Source: Azolla caroliniana
Lineage: Eukaryota; Plantae; Polypodiophyta
Assembly (NCBI GenBank): GCA_043228905.1
Contig: JBHGNT010000021.1
Coordinates: 9,610,001 to 9,674,000 of the forward strand
Direction of reading: 5' to 3'
DNA length: 64,000 nt
The notes under the pieces are model-generated. The model saw only the letters and a program-made list of their open reading frames with translations. It did not search any database and was not told the DNA's origin. The position numbers were made by a program, and so were the translations under genes. Below, piece after piece: positions 26,401 through 37,299 of this stretch. Numbering within the stretch: position 1 is the stretch's first letter; every line of letters starts with the position of its first letter.

Positions 26401-27621
26401 AACTCATGAAGTTCGATGAGGCTCGTGCTCGGGCCCTCCTACCCCCGCACCCCCGCACCACCCTCCACCATCCCTAAACCCTCAGCCTCGGGCCTCGGCA
26501 GGACGGACCCCTCCACTGTTTAGACATCTCTCCTTACCCCAATGGGCCCTCTGAATATGATTCAGGCACTCTCAATGTACGTGACCTCGACATCCCTGCT
26601 CTCCGAACTTTTCACTGCACCATGTACATCGTGTACCCTCCTCATCCAAGACACGTGCGTCCTTTCGTCCTTGGCCGCCATGCGTCGCGTATTCTTTGAC
26701 GACGCCACACCCCCAGATCGACAGACCTTCATCCGAGTACTCCCTGAAGACAACCACGCCCTTGCCCTCTTCATGTTGTACCAGGAAGCCACCAAAGAAC
26801 CTTCTCCCCCTGCCAGCGAGCTCTTCCCCCAGTATCTCCCTATTTTGTTCCTTGAAGGTATGACCTACCTTCACACCGCCCTCACCCCCGACTTAGACAT
26901 CTTTGACCTGATCTATTTCACCAACCCTTCTGATGTCACGATGCAAGTCCCCGAAGACCAGCTAGCCCACCTCTTCACAACACTGGTGCGCTTACACCAC
27001 ATCACCAACACCCTCACCTGCACCCTGTTGGAGAACACTATGACCTCCGTACCCCCTTTCAGTTTCCTTTGGCTAATACGTGCTTGGCAAACCGCCTGGG
27101 ATGTTGGGCTTCGTACTCACATATTCAGCATCGAATACGCCGCATTCAACTGGCCCACCAACCTCGAGGCTGACGACATACCAGAATTAGCCCTATACCT
27201 GGATGTCTCTCGCGAGTATCAACTCATGAAGTTCGATGAGGCTCGTGCTCGGGCCCTCCTACCCCCACACCCCCCTCCCACGGAGATCAACCTGGAGTGG
27301 GACCACGACTCACCTGATGAACCTGACACCCAACCGCCTCCTCGCCCTCACCCTCCCTCCCCCTCCCACCTACAAGCCCACCTCCTCCCTCCCCCCTCCC
27401 CCCCTTGCCACTCGACTCCACACCCTCACCTCAGCGAACACCACGTCCCCGACCACACACACCCCATGTTCGGTGACAACCCCTTTCGTACACCCCCCTC
27501 GGCCCACCCCCTTCCCCCCCACCACCCGACCCTTTCCCCCTCCACACGCGGGTCGTCACCCACCCCAATCGGACATTCACGGAGGTCAACCACCCAGCGT
27601 GGGGCCTCGCCTTTGATTTGA
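23471..27621 (+). pseudogene. 3' extra ORF of E (env-like position), disrupted, with its C-terminal part triplicated
   Basis: ATG 10 nt after acceptor TACTAAT...TTTTCCCCGCAG (23441-23460); LPELVNRLLTGYNPDTGHI...VKWAHEL resembles Athila-type extra ORFs; coiled coil at 24719 onward. Confidence 0.6.
24855..27275 (+). repeat. 820-bp tandem triplication
   Basis: ORFs at 25722 and 26542 are offset by exactly 820; three copies of LFMLYQEATKEPSPP...LMKFDEARARALLPPHP. Confidence 0.95.
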
Positions 27622-27720
27622 ATAAAGGTCCAACTCGCCGCCAACTGGTCGGGCTTTGGACCCGCGTCAACGTACTCCCCGCCACCTACAAACGGGATTT
27701 TGAAACCATGATTGACACGC

Positions 27721-28741
27721 CGTCGTGTGGTTTTTCACACACGATATGAAAACTAGTAATACAATTATTTAAGATTAGCTTAATGTATTCATATGGAAAG
27801 ATAGATGTCTTCAAGAGCTTCATAGCGTATTTTACTACGCATGAAACGAATAAACAAGTATCAAGTTATGTGAGTGAAGTTTGAAGAAAAAAAAAGAAAA
27901 GACAAAACTGTGAGATATCCCAGATAGATAAGACAACATTGGAACCCAGGATATATAAGGGAAACCAAAACATATTCATTCTATCAATGTGTGGAGCACA
28001 AAATGTTCAAGTTGACTTGGGCTACATTCTGTGGTATCGACGCTTCGGGCGTACGCGCGTGTGCATGGCCGCGTGGACATTTTCGGACATATGCGCGTGT
28101 GCAAGTTTCGGGCGTACGCGTGCACGGCCGCGTGGACGTTTCAGACGGACGCGTGTATGCAGACGAGCGCACGGATGCGTACACGGCGCGGTCGGGACGC
28201 GTGTGTGCGTGGATGCGTACACTGCGCGGTCGAGAGTTTTGCGCGCGGACGCGTCTACGGTATGGTTGTGACGCACGTACAGATTGCGCACGGGCTAAAC
28301 TTTATGGATGATTGGGTCATTTGGCCGAATTATACGGACGGTTCAACAAAGAGCTGGATATATATTTTTTCCCCTTCTTCTTCTCTCTCCCATTCCTTGG
28401 GGAACAGATTATCTCTCATATTGGTATCAAACTCTAGGCTTGGCTTGCTCAATCTTTCTTGTCAAAAATTGTCTCTCATATTCATATTGGACCACTCCTT
28501 ATATGGTTGTTGGCTCCTTTCTTTAAAAAATTTATCTGTCATTTTTATCTCCAACCTATTGTAACAAGATTCTTGAATTATAAAATAATCTATTTTCTTA
28601 TGCAATAAACTAACGTTTTTTCTCATCTACTTGTCTTATATGTGAATTGCTTGTGTTGTACGTGTTGCACTAAATCCTTCCAGTCCAGAACCCCGACGGT
28701 TCCGCCTCACGATTTGCACATAGTGACGGATTTTCACGACA
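27721..28741 (+). repeat. Solo LTR I (related to LTR A)
   Basis: (C)GTCGTG...CACGACA; TSD ACGC on both sides; shares GAGATATCCCA block and U5 CACATAGTGACG with A. Confidence 0.88.
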
Positions 28742-30649
28742 ACGCGTTTTTTCCCTGCTTACATAAGCTTTAGTCAAAACCTCCCTTCTCCCTTCGCTTG
28801 CCACAACACCTGCACCTGGCTCACTAGCCCCAAGAAATATTTCTTCACGACAATCAACCAACTGCAGGAAATCCGGCTACCACCATTGAACATCCGCCGT
28901 CTTCGCCATCATCTCCGATGCCACCCCCCCCCCCCCCCCCCCCAAGGAACCCCCCTACTCAATCCTACTCGCCCCCGACGCCCGAAGCTCCCCTCCCACA
29001 GTGCACCCGGGAGTGTGCACTCATTAGGTTGGGGAAGATGTTAAGCGCTAGGATAACAACATAACCATCCACGAATAAGAGCGCGTCAACAAGGACGTAG
29101 AGGAAACAACAAGAGGAAAAGAAGCAAAGAGACGTCCAAGTCTGAAAGGCCCATACCCTAAACATGAAAGCTATATAAACCACATAGTAGTGGATTTGTG
29201 GGGGTTCTCCCATTTGTAAAGATCTCCTAAGTGATTAAGAGTTAGAAGCTTCCTCTCCTCTTTCTTGTAACCTTTAAGCTTAAGAGAGATTAGTGAAGTG
29301 TTTAGTTAGAGAACACTAATATCTCTTCCTTCTTGGTGCTAGAACTCTAAACAAAGAGGGTTAATAAATATATTCATTAATCCTGTTGTCTATATTCATT
29401 ACCCCATTGTTTATGAGAGCGAGCTTGAGAGAGTGAGAGAGATATTGTGCCTAATCATCTATTAGTTGTTAAGTGAGTGTGAGGCTTTGAGGTGCCCGAC
29501 AACCATCTCCACCCGATTCACCATCAAGAGGGTATACACTAGTCTAAATCCCGCCACGACATCGAGGAGCTTACTCCATTGATACATAGATCCTTCACAA
29601 CTAGTTGAAGTAGAAGTCGACATAGAATTTGCTCAATGTCTCATCACGAACATTCCGCGATGGTCTTCATAATCAAAGTTGATGGCGTAATTTGTGAGTT
29701 ATTGGCTTGTGGAAGCCGACTCCCGCTTCTTCTTTCGGCACTTTTCTTCATGGTGGCTGATTTTTCCGCAATATCCACATTCGATTGAGGTTTGTCGGCT
29801 CAAACCGGAATGGAAGCTCCCCCTTCTTCCGACGGTTCGAATGTGTGTAGAGCATGTCTTGTTGCTAAAATTGGGAGTTGTTTTCGTAAGTTGGACCTTG
29901 TCCGCCTCTTCCTTGGCCAAATCAGCCTCTTGCTTGTTCACGTCCTCTTCCTCCGTTTGAATGTGTAGAGCATGTGGCCTTGTGAGGCGTTGCTCCTCGT
30001 TCGAACATGGTTTTCTTCAACCAACAACATGAATTGAAGATCGAAGAAAGAGAGAGGATTCTCCCTTGCTAGTACAACGGTCTTCATCGTGCCAAACCAT
30101 GGTGCAAGGCCGCTGTCGTGCCCTTCGGCTCCGGATCGTTGCGTGAGTCGGGTGGGAACCGCCGAGGTTTTTGACTAGGAGGAAGAGGAATACAACTTAA
30201 GGCTAGATATGAATAGTGGAAAGAGAAGTAAGATAGCAATCTCGTGAATCCCACGAGTTTAGTGTAATTAAAACAATATTTAGATTATAAGAGCAATTAG
30301 ATGGCAAAATTCGTGAATCCCACGAATATATTAGATTGATCCAACCTTGTATATTAATCAACAACCATATACATATTTCTCTCCTCCTTATATAAAGATG
30401 GAAGAGGCTAAGCATGGCTTCATGCTTTTTCACCTAAAGTGTCCATGCACACTAAATGTGCATGTGATGCTTTGTCATTTCCTAAATATAGGGCCCATGC
30501 ACGCTAGATGTGCATGAGTCACTTTTAATGTCACGTGTAAATAAAATATTCATACTCTAAAGAATACATGATTTTTACCTTTTAATAAAGGTATGTGTAA
30601 ATAAAGGTCTTATACGTATTAAATCTATATTTATAACACTAAAGATAAG

Positions 30650-30710
30650 TTATTACAATGGTAAAGTTAGGGTTTATCTACGTGGAGGTGCATGGTTTGA
30701 ATCTTGCCCT
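30650..30710 (+). promoter_or_regulatory. Degenerate tRNA-like A/B-box cassette in LTR H, antisense to the LTR
   Basis: TATTACAATGG-N32-GGTTTGAATCT; shares GGAGGTGYAWGGTTYRAATCTTRC with A; TTTT downstream. Confidence 0.5.
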
Positions 30711-30774
30711 ATGCACGTGATAAATTCTTTTGATATATTATTTATTTATTTATATGTATCTAAAATCGGATATA

Positions 30775-33700
30775 TTATTTTATGGTTTTCACGTAGTGTG
30801 TGGAATACACTACAACATTCGCCCCCTCCGAACCTGCACATCCTCCGGTATGTGCCGAAGTTCTCGATCCCCCATATCCGTCTTCACCCAAAGCTTCCTC
30901 CGATTCTCCCCTTATGTCGACTATGAGTTGTAATTCCCTTTCTTCGCTTCCCGCATCACCGTGGTCTTCGTCCGATTGCTCCTCGTTGTCGGCCTTGGCT
31001 TGGATCATATAGGGTTTGTCGTCGGTCCGCTTCTTGAAAATCTTCACCCGCTTCCCGGCTATAGGCACTCGTAGTATTGTTCCATCCAACTCGGACAGTC
31101 GGTACGTTCCGTTGTCGAAGACTTTCCGAACCTCGTATGGCCCGAACCACCTTTTCGCGAATTTCCGCATCGTTGTATGTTGATGGTCCAAACTACTGTC
31201 ATAGACGATCACCCAATCTCCTTCTTCAATCCTCCTCGGTCGTAGTCGGTGCTTTGTGTCGAACCGGCTTTTGTTCCTTAATCGTGCTTCTTGTTGTCGG
31301 CGTATTGCTTCCGCTATGTCTGCCGGTCTTCCCTCTAGTTGTCGTATCCGGACCGCTAGTAGTTCTTCCCGGCTCATCTCTTCCTTCCACGGTAGCACTG
31401 TCCATGTTGCGATCGCGGTTTCCGTCGGCATTACCGGTGCTTGTCCGGTCATGAGTTCTGCCGGCATGTAACCGGTTATGGAACTATGCGTCGTCCGATC
31501 CGCCCATAGTGCATACGGAAGCATCTGCGGCCAATCCTTCACCTTTCCATCGCATGCCTTCACAAGTGCTTTCACGATCGGACTATGTCCTCGTTCGATT
31601 TTCCCGTTGGCCTCCGGATTGTATGCCGTTGTTAGCGATAACCGAACTCCGTGTTTGGCGAAGAATCCCCTAGCTTTGTCCGAGTCGAGTTCTCCCCGGT
31701 CTGCAATCACTTGGCCTACGCACCCGTACCTGCAAAATACTTCCTCCAAAAGAAATTGGCATACCGCGGAACACGTTTTCCTCTGAAGCGCTCGACCTTC
31801 TACTTGATTCGTGAGATCTTCCCGAGCTAATACCAAGTATTTCTTTTGTCCGATCCCGGTCGGCATGGCCACTATGTCGACCATCCACTTGAAGTTGATT
31901 GTCGGTGAGAATGTCGGATGTAACTCATCTCGATGTCGAACCCCGGAGTAGACTTGACATTTCTCGCAGCTTTCCGTAAACTCCGCGATATCTTTGTACA
32001 TTTTCTTCCACCAATATTTTTGCTTGATCTTCACAAATGTTGCCCATGTTCCTCGGTGTCCAGCCCAATCGGATTCGTGAAACTCGGACATTATCCGGTT
32101 TCGTTGCTCTTTTGTCCCGACTACTCGAAGTGGTATACCATCCGGTCTTTTCGGCGCCCTCCATATTAATCCGTTTTCCAAGAAGAACTTTTGGACTTGC
32201 CTCTTCTTCCTTCGGATCTCGGCTCTTCTTCCTTTATCGTTTGTCGAGTCCTCGGCCTCTTGTAACATCTTTCCGATCATCAAACTTTCTCCCTCATATT
32301 CTTCTTCCCGAAATTCTCGGATTACGTTCACTCAGCATATGTGCTCTGACGCGAAGTAGTCTTCGGAAACTTCTTCATTATCCGATTCGGTTATGTCGTC
32401 TCCGAACCGAGCCCTTGATAACATATCCGCTACCGCGTTTTCCTTCCCCGAGATGTGTCGAACCTCCGGATGAAGCGACTTGACATATGCAACCCACCTT
32501 AGCATAGCTACATCTGGTATCGTACAACACCGCATCATCCCGAGTATCGGAAGACAATCCGTCTCGATCACCACTTCGGCTCCGATCAAATAATCCCGAT
32601 CCGATTTTATCGCCGACACGACTCCCCACAGTTCTCTTTTGACTTGTGCATATCCACGTTGCCTTTTGTTGAGAACCTTTGCTTCGAATCGGATCGGATA
32701 CCGCGAACCATCCGAGTCGGCTTGATTGATGACCCACCCGATACCGGTTGGACTTGTATCAACCGTTACTATGATCGGTCGGTCATAGCTCGGCTTCTTA
32801 AGTGCTTCCGCCCTCCGAAGCGTCTTCTTCAATTTCTTCATGGCTTTGGTGTGTTCCGGTTTCCATTCGAATTTCTTACCTTTCCGCAACAAGTGGTAGA
32901 GCGGGTCCGCTATATGTGCATAGTGCGGAATCCATATGTGATAGAATGCACATGCACCGAGAAACCTTCGGACTTCGGATGTTGACTCGCATACTTCCTC
33001 CATAGCTTGAATCGCATCGATCTTTGTTGGTGACGGTCTTCGGCCGTAGGGCCCACATAGATGTCCGACCACCAATATTTCTTCTTGCCCGAATGCCGAT
33101 TTCTCCCCGGAAAGTGTTAGGTGCACATCTTCTAGCTTTCGCAACACTTTCTCGCAAGCATGAATATGGTCGACCACGAACTTTCGGCATCCCCGATCAT
33201 CCATAGTCTCATCTTTTTCTTCGACCGCGCATCCTTTCATCGGAATGTCATCGAGGAACGGCATCGTTATCTCCGGAATGCAGTCTCGAAGCACCTTGTT
33301 CATCGCGTTCATCATATGAGCAACCGAGTTTGTCGCTCCTTGTGGTAGTGTGCACATTCGGACTAATCCTATCGGTGTTCGCATGGTTGTGATGTCTCGG
33401 CTCTCCACGGCTAGTTGGAATTGGTCATACCCCGAGTATAGGTCTCCGATGGAGTATATCGCACGACCGGCAAAAGCTTCCGCAAATTCGTCCACTATCG
33501 GACCGACTCCCGAGTTCCGGATCGTGACTTTATTCACCGGTTGCAAGTCTTGGATAAATCGGAGTGACCCATTCTTCTTCGGAACCGTAAACCATCGATT
33601 TGAGTACGGAGCAGTTGATGGCTCTAGAATCCCCATCGCCACCTTCTCCTTGAGCAAGTCAATGACTTTCGGAATATGCGCTCGTGGCACTGGAATCGGC

Positions 33701-34387
33701 TTCAGGTTCCACGGTACATGGTCAATCGTGAAGATCACCATTGGCTCTACTATTCTCGGATCGACGCACCCTGCCGTATTGCTCCAACATCTCGCGAAAC
33801 CATTCTTCTTCTTTTTGTAAGAGGAACCCACCTCCACCGATCCGAAGTTTCTTCCGGGTCTCATCCGTGAAGGCATGTCCGATATCCACGGACTTCCGAA
33901 GTGTCGGATCTCCTGAGACTTCTTTCCTCTTTTGTTCGCTATCGGCGGGTAGTGGTCCCGCGGCCGGTTTCACCTTCTTCTCCACGGTCTTGTATTTCGT
34001 ACTTACCATTGCTTCTTCTTTACGGAGCGTATCCGGCTCCATTTTCGCAATGATCTCGTACATCTCGACCGATTCCACCGGGACTACCCGGTTCCCTTGG
34101 CTTTTATCTTCCGCAAGCTCTTCAAGTCGTTGTAGCGTGCTCCCATAGAACACTTCCTCGACTATCCCCACGATTTCTTCATTTTCTTTTATTATTGATG
34201 CCGACCGCAACTTATCCTCCACTTGTCGGTATCCTTTCTTCAATCCTCCGGTTACGGTCGTGTACGTAGATGCCCCATCCGGACTGATTCGTACATGTTT
34301 TGCTCCGAGAGTTTTCTTCCTGTGTGGGGTATCAGGGCTTCTCGGACTATCACTTCCCCACTCCGCAACAGTCCGCTTTAAAAATCC
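30775..34387 (-). pseudogene. pol: ORF2 of H (linker, RT, RNase H, integrase)
   Basis: LRFIQDLQPVN, LPQGATNSVAHM, FLDD, DTS, HHCC, WFGPY; one TGA at 32332 and a frameshift near 33770. Confidence 0.92.
34324..34387 (-). promoter_or_regulatory. Candidate -1 ribosomal frameshift signal (GGATTTT plus H-type pseudoknot)
   Basis: Heptamer in the ORF1 frame; ORF2 in the -1 frame; S1 CGGACTGTTGC/GTGATAGTCCG and S2 GTGGGG/CCCCAC start 5 nt downstream. Confidence 0.75.
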
Positions 34388-35728
34388 ATTCTCACTTGGG
34401 ACAAGAGTTCCCTCTTGTTCCTTTCGTGATTTGCCGGCACCGTTAGGAATTGGACGGATTTCCCACCGTTTTGGCTCCAAATTCGCGCAAAAGCCGCACC
34501 GCTATCGAGCACCTTCGTCTCCATCCGTGATGCCGTGATAAAGGGTTGGCTGAGGATGACGGAATGTGAAACCTCATCTTGCACGAAGAAATTTTGGTCA
34601 ATCTCGACATCCCCGATCTTCACCATCACATCCGGACAAGCCGCAAATAGATCTTCCGTTGCTTTGGTGGCCGCCCGAATCTTCCATCCATGGTTGGTGT
34701 TAATAGGCCACTTCCCCTTCCGGTAGAACTCCTTGGACATCAAGTTAATCTCCGATCCGTGATCAATCAATGCTAGCACGGTTTCTTTGATGTTGCCGAT
34801 TCGGACCGGAGTTTCCGTAGTCGCGCGTGCCCAATGTGGCCTTGTATAGTGGGAGTTCGGAATTTCGTCCTCCACTTCGGTGTCGTTCATTAAAACGGTG
34901 TTTGCATTCACCCTTGGAGCATTTTCCTCCGTACTTTGTCTTTTTCGCTTCACGAGATCTACGAGAAGATCGTGGAACTCCTTCTTTGCTATTCCGAGTA
35001 GCTCCCGAAGCGAGAAATCTACCCGGCTATCCAAGATTCTTTCCTCGAACACTCTTTTCAAGTCGGTTTGTTGTTCTATGTCCGAGGCGAGCTTGAATGC
35101 CGGAGTCGCCTTTTCTTTTCCCTTACCTCCAGAGTTCCAACTTTCCGGTATCTTCGATGGACCAGCCGCATCCTCCGTTCGTCGTCGTTTCTCGTCCACA
35201 TACACCTTATGCAATTGACACAGGGCGTATACGCTATTCTTGTCGACAGGGCACTCCCATCCCGTAGCTTCCCGGACACCTTCCGCAGTGCTTCGGATCT
35301 CGTTGGAATCGGTTTTCTCGGTGTTTTCTAGAACTTCCGGCCAAAAAGACGTCTTTGCTCTCGATGACTCCCCGACACATATTCCCACGGTTGTCGCATA
35401 GTTGCTTCTCGCCGCCAATTCCTTCTCGAGCACCTTCTTCATGCCGCCTTTTCGGAAGTTCGGTCGGAGTGGCTTTCGAGAGTCCATCGAATGAATCCGG
35501 TTTCCCTCGTAGTAGATGAGATCCCGCCGTAGCGCCTCCTTATGCTCGTCGCAATCCCTCCGATCGTGTTCGGCGCTATCGCACCATATGCACCGTCGGT
35601 CCGTATACTTGGAGCTTGTGGGGCGGTCATCCGACTTCTTCACCATCGCGATCTTCAGATTCTCCATCTCCTTCAATAGTTGCTCCACCGTAGATGCATC
35701 AATCCCCTTCTCGGTTGTAGTCTCTCGA
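34378..35728 (-). CDS. gag: ORF1 of H: gag C-terminus with zinc knuckle and protease (5' truncated)
   Basis: CIWCDSAEHDRRDC; ALIDHGSEINLM; VILSQPF; ends at G GAT TTT TAA. Confidence 0.85.
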
Positions 35729-36418
35729 GGAATACACTACGACACCGCTGAGGCACATTTGCACCATCTCATTATCCTCGACATTGACTCTTATTGAGTT
35801 GAGTGAATCACAAAGCTCCTTGATCTTCAAGGTATAACTTGTGATGGACATGTCCCGTTGTTGGATGTTGTTCAACTCTTGGCGGAGTTGAAGCTTTCGT
35901 GTTGTCGTATTGCCAGTGAATATCTTCCTTAGATTCTCCCATGCTTCCTTTGGCGTCGTTGCTTCTCGAATGTAGTCGAGCATGTGGTCGTGAACACATG
36001 TCGCCAAACAATACATTACTCGACTCCCGGCTTGCTCCCATGTTGAGTATTCGGCGTCTTTCGGAGCGGGTCGATTTTCTTGTGCTCCTTTGATGTAGCT
36101 CTAATAGCCTTGGCCAACAAGGTATTGGTGCATCTTGTACTCCTAAGATGAGAAGTTGTTTCGGTCCAACTTCTCGCTAGGGAGAGCGCTCCCCATTTGA
36201 TTATTCGTGGTGTTCGATGTAGATGTCTTCTTTCTTCTTCTCTCTTGAATACAAGCTATGTAGCGGCACTACAATAGCGATGAGCCGGCTCTTCTTGAAC
36301 GTCCACATAGAGCACAACACACGTGGATGGGCTAGATCGAGCCACCAAACCGCTCTAATACCATGTAAAGAATCGATGGTGATTCTTGTATAGCGTAATA
36401 GGTTAGAGATGTGTGTTA

Positions 36419-36456
<38 letters not shown>

Positions 36457-37299
36457 GAGAGAAAACACAAGATAGATAGAATGGACAATAGAAAATACTC
36501 AAGAAGATGTATATTACAAAGGACATTAACCGACCTATTACAAAGTAGGAGAAGAGTGCTTTATATAGTCACTCTCTCTCTTCATTAACTACCAAAGCTC
36601 ATGAGTCATGGGGAATGTAGAAACTCATTAGTTATGTGTCATAAAATATGATTTTATGACACATAGTTAATGTGTAAAGAGTAGTGGTGTGACTTTTGAC
36701 CTTTGAGTGTTCATACACTCTCAAGGGTGTATTCACACACTAGGCTAGGTTGAGCTTGATTTTTTATTTTTTTTCAAAAGAAAGTATACTTCCATTAGTA
36801 TTTAGAAAAGTCATAACAACATACAAAAATTTCCCCAAAACATCTTTATAAGATGCTGGTTGAAAAAACAAAAGTTTTGATGAAAAGTTTTGATTCCAGC
36901 ATAGAGTAAAGTAAACAATCAATCTGAAAATTGTTCTATAAAAAGCTTCCACAAAGGTCTACCAAACGAGGTAAAATGCAATCTACACCCTTTTGTTATT
37001 CAATTAAGAACCTTCAATCTCCATAACATGTTGCAGGCTGTAAATAGCCATCTTCTTTCACCCGTTCTGGGTGATCAAGAGTCCTGAAGGGATGTTCCAT
37101 TCAAGATCCCAATACCCTCTGTTTTTCTCTTTGTTTGATGCCTCGAGAAGATTGTCAAGGCCTCCATACTGAATGCAAACTATATGTCCCCCTGGTTTAA
37201 AGATTGTGGCTTGCATACTTCCATTGTCCAGTGTTATAAGCGTGTGAAGCCTTTGTCTTTTCTTAACCCACATAATTGTTTGATAAGTTGGCATTGTCC

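Larger units (their letters stand above)
7744..29599 (+). mobile_element. Athila-like non-chromoviral Gypsy element E, full length, with nested insertions and a 3' extra ORF
   Basis: LTRs 7744-8304 and 29039-29599 (TG...CA); 5-bp TSD ACTAG; tRNA-Asp-type PBS TGGCGCCGCTGCCGGGGA 8311-8328; PPT AGGTTGGGGAAGA 29026-29038. Confidence 0.93.
30114..35744 (-). mobile_element. Gypsy element H (same lineage as A); 5' LTR and gag start deleted
   Basis: 3' LTR 30114-30817; PPT CGGAGGGGGCGAA; TSD CCGC (30110-30113 and 35745-35748); only 16 nt of the 5' LTR remain (35729-35744). Confidence 0.92.
5826..36737 (-). mobile_element. Old Ty1/Copia element C, host of the nest; pieces 35745-36737, 29600-30113, 7116-7743, 5826-6499
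   Basis: 5' LTR ~36364-36737; PBS TGGTATTAGAGC 36352-36363; removing the inserts rejoins VQMCLSG-LAPWF (gag), STSTS-ASDPKDVWFIDS (protease) and GCRYY-VTFIDD (integrase). Confidence 0.9.
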
